Part shown: piece after piece, positions 51,929 through 62,181 of the stretch
Numbering within the stretch: the stretch's first letter is position 1
Layout of the letters: every line of letters starts with the position of its first letter
Assembly (NCBI GenBank): GCA_905182555.1
Contig: CAJJBX010000010.1
Location: 274-64,273 of the forward strand
Length of the DNA: 64,000 nucleotides
Reading direction: 5' to 3'
Source: an uncultured Ilumatobacter sp.
Lineage (GTDB): Bacteria; Actinomycetota; Acidimicrobiia; Acidimicrobiales; Ilumatobacteraceae
Notes under the pieces: model-generated
What the model saw: the letters and a program-made list of their open reading frames with translations, nothing else
Database searches by the model: none
What the model was told of the DNA's origin: nothing
Made by a program: the position numbers and the translations under genes

Positions 51929-54477
51929 TCAGTCCGTGGCGGGCGGTGCAAGCACCACCGCACACGCGAGTTCGGCGCCCTCGATGACGGTGACGGTTGC
52001 AATCGAACCGGCATCGCAGAGGTCGGCTTGGCCAGCGGCGAGCGAGTCGTGGAGGTCAGCAGGTGCCGTCACCGTGAGGGATTCGACTGCGGCCTTTTGA
52101 CTCTGCTTCGCCTCGGTCTTGGAGCGACGAACATGTTGGAGCGTGTCGATGGCGACGTCGATGAGCGCGGGATTGCCTTCAAGCCCACTCGGCACCGGCC
52201 AGGCAGCGGAGTGCACGGACGTGTCGTTCCACCAGCTCCATGACTCTTCTGTGGCAAACGGCAGCATCGGTGCAAACAGACGCTGCATTGAACTGAGTGC
52301 CTCACGCAGCGCTCGCAATGCCGAATTAGCTGGTGCCTCACCCTGTGAGTTGTAGGCGCGACTCTTGACCAACTCGACGTAGTTGTCGCAGAACCACCAG
52401 AAGAATGATTCGGTGCGCTCGAGAGCCCGGGCATAGTCGAATGCCTCGAAGCCGGCAGTGGCTTCAGCAATCGTGTCGTCGAGCTTGGCGAGCATCGACC
52501 GGTCGACAGCTTGAGTCACTGCGTCGGCGAGTGGCATCGACATGTCGGGCTCGGGGAAGCTCAAGACGAACTTGCTGACGTTGAGCAGCTTGTTGGCGAG
52601 CTTGCGGCCGACCTTCATCTGGTCTTCGCTGAATGTGGTGTCGACGCCTGGCCGACCCGAGGCTGCCCAGTAGCGGACGGCGTCGGTGCCGAATTGTTCG
52701 AGCATGCCGTCGGGGGTTTGGGCGTTGCCGCTCGACTTGCCCATCTTCTTGCGATCCGGATCGAGAATCCAGCCGCTCAGTGCAGCGTGCTTCCAGGGAG
52801 CAACACCGTGTTCGTGGTGGCTGCGGGTCATGGTTGAAAAGAGCCAGGTGCGGATGATGTCGTGACCCTGCGGGCGCATGTCGAACGGGAAGATCTGATC
52901 GAACAGATCGGTGTCGGCGCTGTCGGCTGGCTCGTTCCAGCGGCCCGCAATCTGTGGCGTGAGCGACGAGGTGGCCCATGTGTCGAAGATGTCGGGGTCG
53001 CCCGCAAAGCCCCCGGGCTGATCGCGCTGGTCAGCAGTGAAGCCGGCCGGGACGTCGATCGACGGGTCGACGGGTAGGTCGGCCTCGTCGGGCACGAGTG
53101 GCGTGTCATAGATGGGCTCACCGGCATCGTCGAGGCGGTACCAGACGGGAATCGGCACGCCGAAGAAGCGCTGCCGGCTCACGAGCCAGTCGCTGTTGAG
53201 CCCGTCGACCCAGTTTTCGTAGCGATGACGCATGTGTTCGGGGTGCCAGGTGACGTCGCCGCTGCGGGCAACCAGGGCGGCGCGCAGGTCGGTGTCTTTG
53301 CCGCCGTTGCGGATGTACCACTGACGTGAGGTCACGATTTCGAGCGGCCGGTCGCCCTTTTCGTAGAACTTGACCTGATGCAAAATCGAGCGTGGCTCGC
53401 CGACGAGGATGTTCTGCTCGATGAGCTGGTCGACCACGGCCTTCTGAGCTTGGTTCGGGTACTTGCCAGCGATGAGTGCGTACGCCTCGGCGTCGACACC
53501 GTGCGGCGCGTCGGGAGGAGCCTCGCCGCCGCCACGAATGTACGCGGCGACGGCGGCCGGGTCGGTGGCGCCGGTGGTGTCGCCGAACGTGCGGTACGAA
53601 CACGGCGGCGCCAGCTCGACCTGCGCAGCGAGTGTGCTCGGACTTCGACCTCTTGGCCGTACAGCGGCACGATCACCTTGGCGCCAAAGAACGGCTTGAA
53701 TCGCTCGTCGTCGGGGTGAGCGACCAGCGACACGCACGCCGCGAGCAGTTCGGGACGGGTGGTGTCGATCTCGATGGTGCCCGATCCGTCGGCCAGCTGG
53801 AACGGGATCTTGTGGTACGCGGCGGGGCGTTCTTTGTCGGTCAACTCGGCTTGGGCAACTGCGGTCCGGAAGTCGATGTCCCAGAGGGTGGGCGCTTCCT
53901 GCGTGTAGGCCTCGCCTCGGGCGACGTTGCGCAGGAAGGAGCGCTGGCTGATGCGGCGTGAGCGCTCGTCGATCGTTGCGTACTTGAGCTTCCAGTCGAC
54001 GCTCAGGCCGAGGCGACGGAAGAGCTGCTCGAAGAGTTCTTCGTCAATTTCGACCAGTTCGTCACAGAGTTCGAGGAAGTTGGGCCGCGAGATCGGGATG
54101 GCCTGGTGCTTCTTCGGCGGGTCGCCGCGGAACGGTGGTTCGAAGCCGACGGTATACGGCTGGCTCGGGTCGCAGCGGACGCCGTAGTACGCCTGGACGC
54201 GGCGTTCGGTGGGCAGGCCGTTGTCGTCCCAGCCCATTGGGTAGAAGACGGACTTGCCGGTCATCCGCTGATAGCGGGCGATGGTGTCGGTGTGGGTGTA
54301 GCTGAACACGTGGCCGACGTGCAGCGAGCCGCTGACGGTTGGCGGGGGCGTGTCGATCGAAAAGACGTTGTCCCGGACCGCCAACTGGTCGAACGTGTAC
54401 GTGCCGTCGGTGTCCCACTGGGCTGCCCAGCGTTCTTCGATGCCGTCGAGTGTCGGCTTGTCAGGGAGGTTCGCCAT
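51929..54477 (-). CDS. valS: Valine--tRNA ligase; scrambled/frameshifted patch near 53520-53635
   Basis: [54 protein letters not shown]. Confidence 0.95.
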
Positions 54478-54571
54478 AAGCATCCCAGGCTATCGAGGGC
54501 CGACGCTGCTCAAGATCGGGTTTCGGCAGGCTCGACGGGGTTTGGTGTTGCGCTCGGCCAGTGCAGCCTGA

Positions 54572-55200
54572 TCACTGGTAGCTGATGAACGTCGGCCGAG
54601 GTGCGTTGTCGACGGTCTGCTGCGCGGTCGGCGTCGGTTGATCCTCGTCGTAGAAATTCTTCCAGCCCGTGAGCGCGCCGGCCGGTAGGTCGGCGACGAC
54701 GCGGGCATAGGAATTGCGCTTCAACGAAAGCGACCCGAAGCCGTCCATATGGATCACGACCTGGACGTTGGGCGTGCCGCGGATGGCCTGCTTGTTGGTG
54801 ATCATCGAAGCGGTGAACTGATGGACGATCAGCATCTTCGGCGGGAGGCCGCGCTGGCGGACTATCTCATCGACAATCTGGATGGTCTCGTTGACCTCGC
54901 TGGCATCGACGGTGCCCACACGGCCGCCGCCCGGCTGGCCGCTCACGACACGCCACTCTGCAGATCGAGGACGACATGGAAGCAGTTGACGGCAGCAGCA
55001 GCGATCCATGGCTCGAATTTCGAGGTGGGGAATTCGTTGGAGTAGTTGCCGTCGCTTCCTGCAAATGCCGATGCAACCGTTGCGATGATTTTAAAGGTCG
55101 GCATGACGGGCTGCCCGAAACCTGTGTACTGATCAGCGATCTGGCGGACGCGTGCGACCGACGCCGCCGGGCATCGGTGGTGTTTCGCAAGGGTGCAGTC
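54572..55200 (-). pseudogene. Eroded gene for a conserved actinobacterial exported protein
   Basis: IIATVAS...DGNYS, VVLDLQ, then directly EWR...GTVDASEVN...KMLIVHQF...HMDGFG...GWKNFYDED; intervening segment and N-terminus apparently missing. Confidence 0.55.
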
Positions 55201-55301
55201 GAACAGCGGGTTCGAAGTCGCCGCCTGCGACGAGGGCTGCACTTCGAGCAGCGTGAGCAAACCCCCCACCGACAGCGGAGACGCATCGTAGGATTACCGG
55301 C

Positions 55302-56663
55302 GTGCTGCACCTCTATGACACCGTGTCCCGCTCCGTGCGTGAACTGGCTCTGCGTGAGCCAGGCAAGGTCGGCATTTACCTGTGTGGGCCGACCGTCTAT
55401 GGCCCCGCACACCTCGGCCATGGCCGTGCGACGCTGAGCTATGACATTCTCCGTCGCTATCTCGAGTGGACCGGCCTTGATGTGCGGCTCGTGTCGAACA
55501 TCACCGACATTGAAGACAAAATCGTCCAGCGCGCTGTGCGCGAAGGCCGTCCCTGGAAGGACATCACGACCAAGTGTGAAGCGATGTGGTTCGAGGCGAT
55601 GGACGGAATCAACGTCAAGCGCCCGACCGACGTGCCCCGTGCGACCGAGTACGTCGACGGGATGGTCAAGATGATCGGTGAGCTGATTGCCGCCGACAAG
55701 GCGTACGCGACCGACGACGGCATCTACATGGATGTCGAGTCGGTTGACGACTATGGGCTCCTCGCGCTGCAGACGCTGGACGACATGCGGACCGGTGGTG
55801 GCGATCGCGAAGTGGTGGGCGCAGCGCAGAAGCGGCATCCGTCCGACTTCGCGCTGTGGAAGTTCAAGGCCGATGCGCCGACCGAGAGCGATCCGGCTTG
55901 GCCATCACCGTGGGGCGCCGGCCGACCGGGCTGGCACAGCGAATGTGTTGTCATGAGCCTCGATCTGCTCGGTGAGGGCTTCGACCTGCACTGCGGTGGT
56001 CAGGACCTGCGTTTTCCGCATCACGAGAACGAGCGGGCGCAGGCCGTGGCGCTCGGCAAAACCTTCGCCAACCATTGGATGCATCACGCGTTCGTCGTCG
56101 ATGCTGAGGGCGAAAAGATGTCAAAGTCGATTGGCAACGTGTCGAACCTGCTCGATCTGATCGAGCACTACGACCCGCGCGGCTACCGACTCGTGCTGCT
56201 CCAATCCCACTACCGGAGTCCGGTCAAGCTCGGCCAGGCAATGATTGATGCTGCAGGGCGGGCGCTCGCGGGCTTGGATGGGTTCGCAGCCCGCACCGCT
56301 GAAATGTCAGGTGAGAGCGACGTCGCGACCATCGAAGCGTTCCGTACCGCGATGGACGACGACCTCGACACGCCGAAGGCCATGGCGCTCGTGTTCGACA
56401 CCGTGCGCAAGGTCAATGTCGGTATCGACGCTGGCGAGGATGTCTCGGCCCTCGTTGCCGCGGTCAATGAGATCTGCGGCGCAATCGGCCTCGAACTGTC
56501 GGCTGGTTCAGACGTGCCAGATGACATTGTTGCTCAGGCTGCTGCCCTCGATCAGGCTCGCGCCGACAAGGATTTCGCTGCTGCCGATGCGATCCGCGAT
56601 GCGCTGCAATCTGGCGGCTGGACCGTCGAGACCACGAAGGACGGGACCTCCGTCCGTCGCTGA
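55302..56663 (+). CDS. cysS: Cysteine--tRNA ligase
   Basis: CGPTVY, HLGH, DFALWK, GRPGWHSEC, FPHHENE, KMSKS. Confidence 0.97.
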   Translation: MLHLYDTVSRSVRELALREPGKVGIYLCGPTVYGPAHLGHGRATLSYDILRRYLEWTGLDVRLVSNITDIEDKIVQRAVREGRPWKDITTKCEAMWFEAMDGINVKRPTDVPRATEYVDGMVKMIGELIAADKAYATDDGIYMDVESVDDYGLLALQTLDDMRTGGGDREVVGAAQKRHPSDFALWKFKADAPTESDPAWPSPWGAGRPGWHSECVVMSLDLLGEGFDLHCGGQDLRFPHHENERAQAVALGKTFANHWMHHAFVVDAEGEKMSKSIGNVSNLLDLIEHYDPRGYRLVLLQSHYRSPVKLGQAMIDAAGRALAGLDGFAARTAEMSGESDVATIEAFRTAMDDDLDTPKAMALVFDTVRKVNVGIDAGEDVSALVAAVNEICGAIGLELSAGSDVPDDIVAQAAALDQARADKDFAAADAIRDALQSGGWTVETTKDGTSVRR

Positions 56664-56734
56664 CGTCGGCGACGTGGGTGAAGATCGTGTTTCTGGCCTC
56701 GCTTTGATGGAGGCCGATGTGGTGGTCTTGTCGG

Positions 56735-57913
56735 ATGGATGCTAGTCGGATGGATGACGGTCGCGCATACGGGCGAGCAACTGGCGTCTCGGATGTTGAC
56801 TTGTACGAGACCGGTGCGGGAACCCCTTCGGGTGAATTGCTGCGGCGGTACTGGCAGCCAGTGGCGCTGTCGACCGAGGCCACAGCGATCCCGCGCAGTG
56901 TCCGCCTGCTCAGCGAAGACCTCGTGCTCTATCGTTCGCTCGACGGCAACCCCGGCTTGCTCGAACCTCGGTGCTGCCATCGGGGCACAAGCCTCTTCTA
57001 CGGGCGAGTCGAAGAGGACTGCATCCGCTGTCCGTATCACGGCTGGGCATTCACGGCCAACGGCACCTGCACCGATCAGCCCTGCGAGCCCGACCGGGGT
57101 CGGAACCGTGAGAAGTACCGACAGCCCTGGTATCCGCTGCACGAATTTGGTGGCGTGATTTTTACGTATATGGGCCCGCCGGACAAGCAGCCGGCCTTCC
57201 CGCGCTATGACATCTTCGAAGATGTTGGTGACGACGAGGAGTTGCACGTGGTCGACCACTTCGCGTTCGGCGGCCCGAACGTGGCGCCTTGCAACTGGTT
57301 CCAGACGCACGAGAACGTGATGGATCCGTATCACGTGTTCATTCTGCACAATGCGATGAGCGGCCCCCAGTTCGACCCTCGTCTGGAGATCTGGCCCGAC
57401 ATCGACTGGCAGGTACACGAGGGCGGTATGACGTCGTCGCAGGACCGAGTGCTTGATGACGGAACGACCCTCCACAGGGTGACTGAGACGCGCTTCCCGA
57501 ACGTACGCGTGGTTGCGACGCCGACGCTGGCGTACCTCGGCAAGACCAACAACATTTCGTGGGCGCAGCCGATCGACGACACGCAAACTCGCGTGTTCTG
57601 CATCTTGCGCATCCCAAAGGGCTCGCCGCCGCAGGGGCTGGGCACCTATGGGCCGGACGCTAAGAGCTGGTTCGACCTCACCGCCGACGAGCATCAGCTG
57701 TACCCCGGCGACTACGAGACCCAAGTCAGTCAGGGACCGATCACGGTGCATTCCAAAGAGCAGCTGTCGTCAACTGACCGGGGCGTGTCGATGGTTCGTC
57801 GCCAGTGGAAACAGCAGCTGGCTGCCTTCACTGCTGGCGCCGATCCTGTTGAAATCTGGAGCGAGGGCGACGCTCCGATCGAACTCTTGGCGGGCAATTA
57901 CATCATCGGCTGA
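56735..57913 (+). CDS. Rieske aromatic ring-hydroxylating oxygenase (phthalate dioxygenase-like)
   Basis: LLRRYWQP, CCHRG...CPYHGW, ENVMDPYH...LH. Confidence 0.92.
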   Translation: MDASRMDDGRAYGRATGVSDVDLYETGAGTPSGELLRRYWQPVALSTEATAIPRSVRLLSEDLVLYRSLDGNPGLLEPRCCHRGTSLFYGRVEEDCIRCPYHGWAFTANGTCTDQPCEPDRGRNREKYRQPWYPLHEFGGVIFTYMGPPDKQPAFPRYDIFEDVGDDEELHVVDHFAFGGPNVAPCNWFQTHENVMDPYHVFILHNAMSGPQFDPRLEIWPDIDWQVHEGGMTSSQDRVLDDGTTLHRVTETRFPNVRVVATPTLAYLGKTNNISWAQPIDDTQTRVFCILRIPKGSPPQGLGTYGPDAKSWFDLTADEHQLYPGDYETQVSQGPITVHSKEQLSSTDRGVSMVRRQWKQQLAAFTAGADPVEIWSEGDAPIELLAGNYIIG

Positions 57914-57960
57914 GAGCCATCGATCGACTCTCGACGATCAGTCGCGTAAACTTTCTGCAG

Positions 57961-60111
57961 ATGACGGGGAGCACGACAAGCGACTCGGGCGCTCTTCTCA
58001 AGCTGCGGTCCGGGAAGCCGCGGTCCGGGAAGCCGCGGTCCGGGAAAATGGGGTACGAACCCTCGCTCGACGGCCTGCGTGCACTGTCGGTGATCGGTGT
58101 CCTGCTCTACCACGGCGGTTTTTCGTGGATGCCCGGCGGATTCCTTGGCGTCGAGGTGTTCTTTGTGGTGTCGGGGTACCTCATCACCTCGCTGCTGATT
58201 ACTGAGCAGGAAAAGACCGGCCGGATCGACTTCAAGAACTTCTGGATCCGTCGAGCCCGACGACTCCTTCCGGCCTTGTTCGCAATGATCGTTGCGGTCC
58301 TTATCTGGGCGGCGTTCTTCGGGTCTGAGCGAGACGTGTCTGACCTTCGGCGTGACGTGCCTTGGGCTTTCTTCTATGCCGGCAACTGGGGCCAGATTCT
58401 TGGAGGCGTCCCGTACTTTGGAAGCGATCCGCTGCTCAAGCACGTGTGGAGCTTGGCGGTCGAAGAGCAGTGGTATCTGCTGTGGCCTCTGACGTTCGTC
58501 GTCATCATGAAGCTGCGTCGCAGCGCTTCGACAGTCGGTCTGCTGCTGATCGGCGCAGCTTTTCTCGTGATGGCGTTTACGTTCTCGCTGGAGTCGGGTT
58601 CACCGTCGCTACTCGGTGGCCCGATTGGCCTCTTCGAAGGGCTCGATCGCACCAACTTCATGTACCTGTCAACCTTCACCCGCTCGAGCGGCTTGTTGCT
58701 GGGTGCCGGTGTCGCATTTATCTGGCGGCCTTGGCGTTCGCCTGGCGCAGCAGATGCACCGGTTGGCCGGTTGCTCGATCCGATCGGCGCCGCAGTCGTT
58801 GCCGCACTCGGGTGCACGTTCACGGTCGCCGCGTTGACGGCCGGCTACGTGTACCAGTGGGTGCTGCCGCTCACCTCGATCTTGTCGGTCATTGCGGTGA
58901 TGATTGCCATGCACCCCGCAGCGGTCGGCTACCGGTCGGCACTGTCATGGCAGCCGCTGGTTGAGGTCGGCAAACGCAGCTACGGCTTGTACCTGTGGAG
59001 CTGGCCGATCTTCGTAATTGTCGGAGCGCTCGATGGTTCGGCACTGAAGTTTGTCGGCGCGATGCTGGTCTCGATCATGGTTGCCGAGGTGTCGTATCAG
59101 TTCGTCGAGACACCCATTCGAGAAGGTCTGCTCGGTCGACTCTGGGCAGGTCAGCGTGAACTCGTGCTGCGGCCGATGGCGGTTGGATTGGTCGTGCTGA
59201 TCGGGCTCGGGGTCTTCTACGTGAACGTCGACCAGTTCAACCCGCTCGAGGGTGGCGAGGACGCGGTCTTCGACGCCAGCTCGCTCGATATCGGTGCCGG
59301 CGACACAGCAGTTGACACAGCTGTTGACACAGCTGTTGACACAGCTACGGATGCAATTGCGGGCGAGGTGGTGGCGCAAGGCACGACGACCGCTGTACCC
59401 GTCGCCGCGGCCCCGACGGCGACGACGCTGCCAGCTGGACCGAAGCTCGCAATCGTTGGTGACTCGCAAGCTCGTGCCTTGGCGAACAATCTGCCGAGTG
59501 GTTTCGAGCAAGTCTTCCCAGTCATCGAGAACGGCGGCGTCGACGGCTGCAGCGTCTGGGACTCCGGCAAGATCGTCAGCGAACGCGACTTCGACAATAA
59601 CTTCGCGTCGTGCGATGGCTGGCAAGACAGGTGGAGCGCAGCTGCCGACGGAGCTGACGTCGCCCTCGTGGTGATCGGGGCATGGGATGTGTTCGATATT
59701 GATGACGGAGACACGTACTACACCTTCAACACCCAGGCTGCTGACTCGAAGTTCGCCGTCAATTTGCAGTCGGGTATCGACGCGCTCGTTGCTACCGGTA
59801 CTGATGTGGCCATTCTTGAAGTGCCGTGTATGCGCCCGGTGTCGGCCGAAGGCTCGGCTGTTCCACCGCTTCCGGAGCGTGGCGACGACGGCCGTGTCGC
59901 GCACGTCAACGACGTCATCCGGTGGGTGTCTCGGCAGTACGGCCCCGAGGTGCGAGTCCTTGATGGGCCGGCGCAATGGTGCAACGACGAAGAGATCGCC
60001 ACCGACATCGGGTACCGGTGGGATGGCGTCCACGTCTACCAGCCGGGTGGGAAGTTGATCGTCGAGAAAATCGGTGCTGACCTCGTCAAGCTCGCCAATC
60101 GCAAGCCCTGA
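57961..60111 (+). CDS. Acyltransferase-3 plus SGNH domain protein (OatA-like)
   Basis: LDGLRA, GGFLGVEVFFVVSGYLIT, RRARRLLP, WSLAVEEQ, SYGLYLW, GDS, DGVH. Confidence 0.92.
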   Translation: MTGSTTSDSGALLKLRSGKPRSGKPRSGKMGYEPSLDGLRALSVIGVLLYHGGFSWMPGGFLGVEVFFVVSGYLITSLLITEQEKTGRIDFKNFWIRRARRLLPALFAMIVAVLIWAAFFGSERDVSDLRRDVPWAFFYAGNWGQILGGVPYFGSDPLLKHVWSLAVEEQWYLLWPLTFVVIMKLRRSASTVGLLLIGAAFLVMAFTFSLESGSPSLLGGPIGLFEGLDRTNFMYLSTFTRSSGLLLGAGVAFIWRPWRSPGAADAPVGRLLDPIGAAVVAALGCTFTVAALTAGYVYQWVLPLTSILSVIAVMIAMHPAAVGYRSALSWQPLVEVGKRSYGLYLWSWPIFVIVGALDGSALKFVGAMLVSIMVAEVSYQFVETPIREGLLGRLWAGQRELVLRPMAVGLVVLIGLGVFYVNVDQFNPLEGGEDAVFDASSLDIGAGDTAVDTAVDTAVDTATDAIAGEVVAQGTTTAVPVAAAPTATTLPAGPKLAIVGDSQARALANNLPSGFEQVFPVIENGGVDGCSVWDSGKIVSERDFDNNFASCDGWQDRWSAAADGADVALVVIGAWDVFDIDDGDTYYTFNTQAADSKFAVNLQSGIDALVATGTDVAILEVPCMRPVSAEGSAVPPLPERGDDGRVAHVNDVIRWVSRQYGPEVRVLDGPAQWCNDEEIATDIGYRWDGVHVYQPGGKLIVEKIGADLVKLANRKP
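58005..58046. repeat. In-frame 15-bp tandem repeat (GCGGTCCGGGAAGCC) x2.8
   Basis: Encodes RSGKP repeats. Confidence 0.9.
59302..59346. repeat. In-frame 12-bp tandem repeat (GACACAGCTGTT) x3.7
   Basis: Encodes DTAV repeats in the linker. Confidence 0.9.
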
Positions 60112-60203
60112 CGCCCGGAGTGATCTCTCCGGGTCTCGCACTTTTGCCGCTCACTTGCTGCATGGCACTTCGGTCGCGAAGTTGCCGAGGGGTAGACACC
60201 GGG

Positions 60204-60219
60204 GTTACCAGTCGGTAAC
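60204..60219. promoter_or_regulatory. Palindromic operator GTTACC-N4-GGTAAC upstream of the acyl-CoA dehydrogenase
   Basis: Perfect 6-bp arms ending 8 nt before the ATG and overlapping a -10-like TAACTT. Confidence 0.55.
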
Positions 60220-60227
60220 TTAGGGGA

Positions 60228-61445
60228 ATGACAGATTTTTCCATGAAGCTGAATGAAGACCAGCTGACCCTTCAGAAGTGGGTCCATGACTTCGCCGCTG
60301 ACGTGGTTCGCCCGGCTGGTGAAGAGTGGGACGAGAAAGAAGAGTTCCCGTACCCAATCGTCGAGCAGGCCAAGGAAATCGGTCTGTACAGCTGGGAGTT
60401 CATGGCCGAAGCCATGATGAACGACCCGACCGGGCTGTCGATGCCGATCGCAATCGAAGAGCTGTTCTGGGGCGACGCTGGCATCGGCATGGCGATCATG
60501 GGCTCCGGCCTCGCCGCTGCAGGTATTGCTTCGTCGGCGACACCTGAGCAAATGATGGAGTGGGTGCCGCAGTGCTACGAGGACGAAAAGGGCAACCTGG
60601 CGCTCGGCGCGTTCTGTGCCTCGGAGCCCGATGCCGGTTCTGACGTCGGTGGTTACCGCACGTCGGCCAAGTACGACGAGGCCAAAGACGAGTGGGTGCT
60701 GAACGGGACGAAGGCCTGGATCACCAACGGTGGCATTTCCAACATTCACGTCGTGGTTGCAGTCATTGACCCCGAGCTTGGCTCAAAGGGCCACGCGTCG
60801 TTCGTTGTTCCCCCGAACACGAAGGGCCTGTCGCAGGGGCAGAAGTATAAGAAGCATGGCATCCGTGCGAGCCATACGGCCGAGGTCGTCCTCGACGACG
60901 TGCGGGTGCCCGGCCGTTGCCTGCTCGGCGGCAAGGAGAAGCTCGACGAGCGTCTCGCCCGGGTGCGTCGCGGTGAGAAGGGCAACTCGCAGGCTGCGAT
61001 GCAGACCTTCGAGGCCACCCGCCCCGCCGTTGGCGCCCAGGCACTCGGTGTGGCTCGTGCCGCCTTCGAGTACTCGTTGCAGTACGCCAAGGAGCGCGAA
61101 GCCTTCGGTCGGCCGATCATCATGAACCAGTCGATCGCATTCATGCTCGCTGACATGGCGACCGAGATTGAAGCTTCCCGCAACCTCATTTGGCGAGCCG
61201 CTTGGCTTGGCAAGAACAAGGGCTTCGTGAACGCCGAAGGCTCGATGGCCAAGCTCAAGGCTGGTCGCACTGCCACATGGGTGACCGAGCGTGCCATCCA
61301 GATTCTCGGCGGCTACGGCTACACCCGTGAGTACCCGGTCGAGCGCTGGCACCGTGACGCGAAGATCCACGACATCTTCGAAGGCACCGAGCAGATCCAA
61401 CAGCTGGTGATCTCCCGCGCCATCTCCGGTCTGCGCATTGAATGA
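60228..61445 (+). CDS. Acyl-CoA dehydrogenase
   Basis: SEPDAGSD, LNGTKAWITNG, REAFGRPI, GGYGY, IFEGTEQIQ. Confidence 0.96.
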   Translation: MTDFSMKLNEDQLTLQKWVHDFAADVVRPAGEEWDEKEEFPYPIVEQAKEIGLYSWEFMAEAMMNDPTGLSMPIAIEELFWGDAGIGMAIMGSGLAAAGIASSATPEQMMEWVPQCYEDEKGNLALGAFCASEPDAGSDVGGYRTSAKYDEAKDEWVLNGTKAWITNGGISNIHVVVAVIDPELGSKGHASFVVPPNTKGLSQGQKYKKHGIRASHTAEVVLDDVRVPGRCLLGGKEKLDERLARVRRGEKGNSQAAMQTFEATRPAVGAQALGVARAAFEYSLQYAKEREAFGRPIIMNQSIAFMLADMATEIEASRNLIWRAAWLGKNKGFVNAEGSMAKLKAGRTATWVTERAIQILGGYGYTREYPVERWHRDAKIHDIFEGTEQIQQLVISRAISGLRIE

Positions 61446-61523
61446 CCTCTGAGCGGGGGTGATCCAGCGTTGGCAGTCCGTTATCGCGGACTTGCGAGGT
61501 GCGTTGATGCAGCACCCGATGTC

Positions 61524-61561
61524 GAGTTTGTGGTCCAAAACGGGGGAGTTTGTGGTCCAAA
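61524..61561. repeat. 16-bp direct repeat GAGTTTGTGGTCCAAA x2 (22-bp period)
   Basis: Copies at 61524-61539 and 61546-61561. Confidence 0.85.
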
Positions 61562-62071
61562 CGCCCGCAAACCGTTTCTGACGATCGTCGCACAGCCATC
61601 GGGTCGCTGAAATCAGTCACACAACTGACCTTAATGGCGGGGTGTGACACACCAAGGCGGAGCCTCTGCGCGAAACCCATGTCTCCTGATGGTGCTCCGA
61701 TGGAGCAGAGATCGGCGATGCTCAGCATCACACTGATGAGAGCTCTGAAGGAGATCCTCGAGCCTCGAACGTCCCGTCGTGGTTCCGTCGGGCGAAAGCA
61801 CGTCAGGCTGACCTAGCTGAGGCTGACGCTGACGCTGTTAGCGATGTAGCGGCGAGCACCGAGGCCGGGTCGGCAACAGAAGACGATGTTGACGAACACT
61901 TCGGGCTCCGGCAACTTGAGGCCGCAGCTTTGGACGACATTTTGCAGGACGACCTCCCTCAGCTCATCGGGAAAAGCATCTTTACCACCGAAATTGTTGA
62001 AGAAGAGGCCGAACGCCTCGCGGTCTCCGCTGCGAGTATTCCAATGGAGGTCACGACGCCCAGCAGAGGCG

Positions 62072-62181
62072 TTGGAGATCGCTACCGGCACGGTTCAGGT
62101 TGATCTAGCGATGGGCGCAGACGAAATCGACTGGGTAGCACTTGATCTTCCCGAGCCGATCCCGCCACGCCTTTGAGACGC
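62072..62181. repeat. 110-bp direct repeat, copy 1
   Basis: Identical to 63891-64000. Confidence 0.95.
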
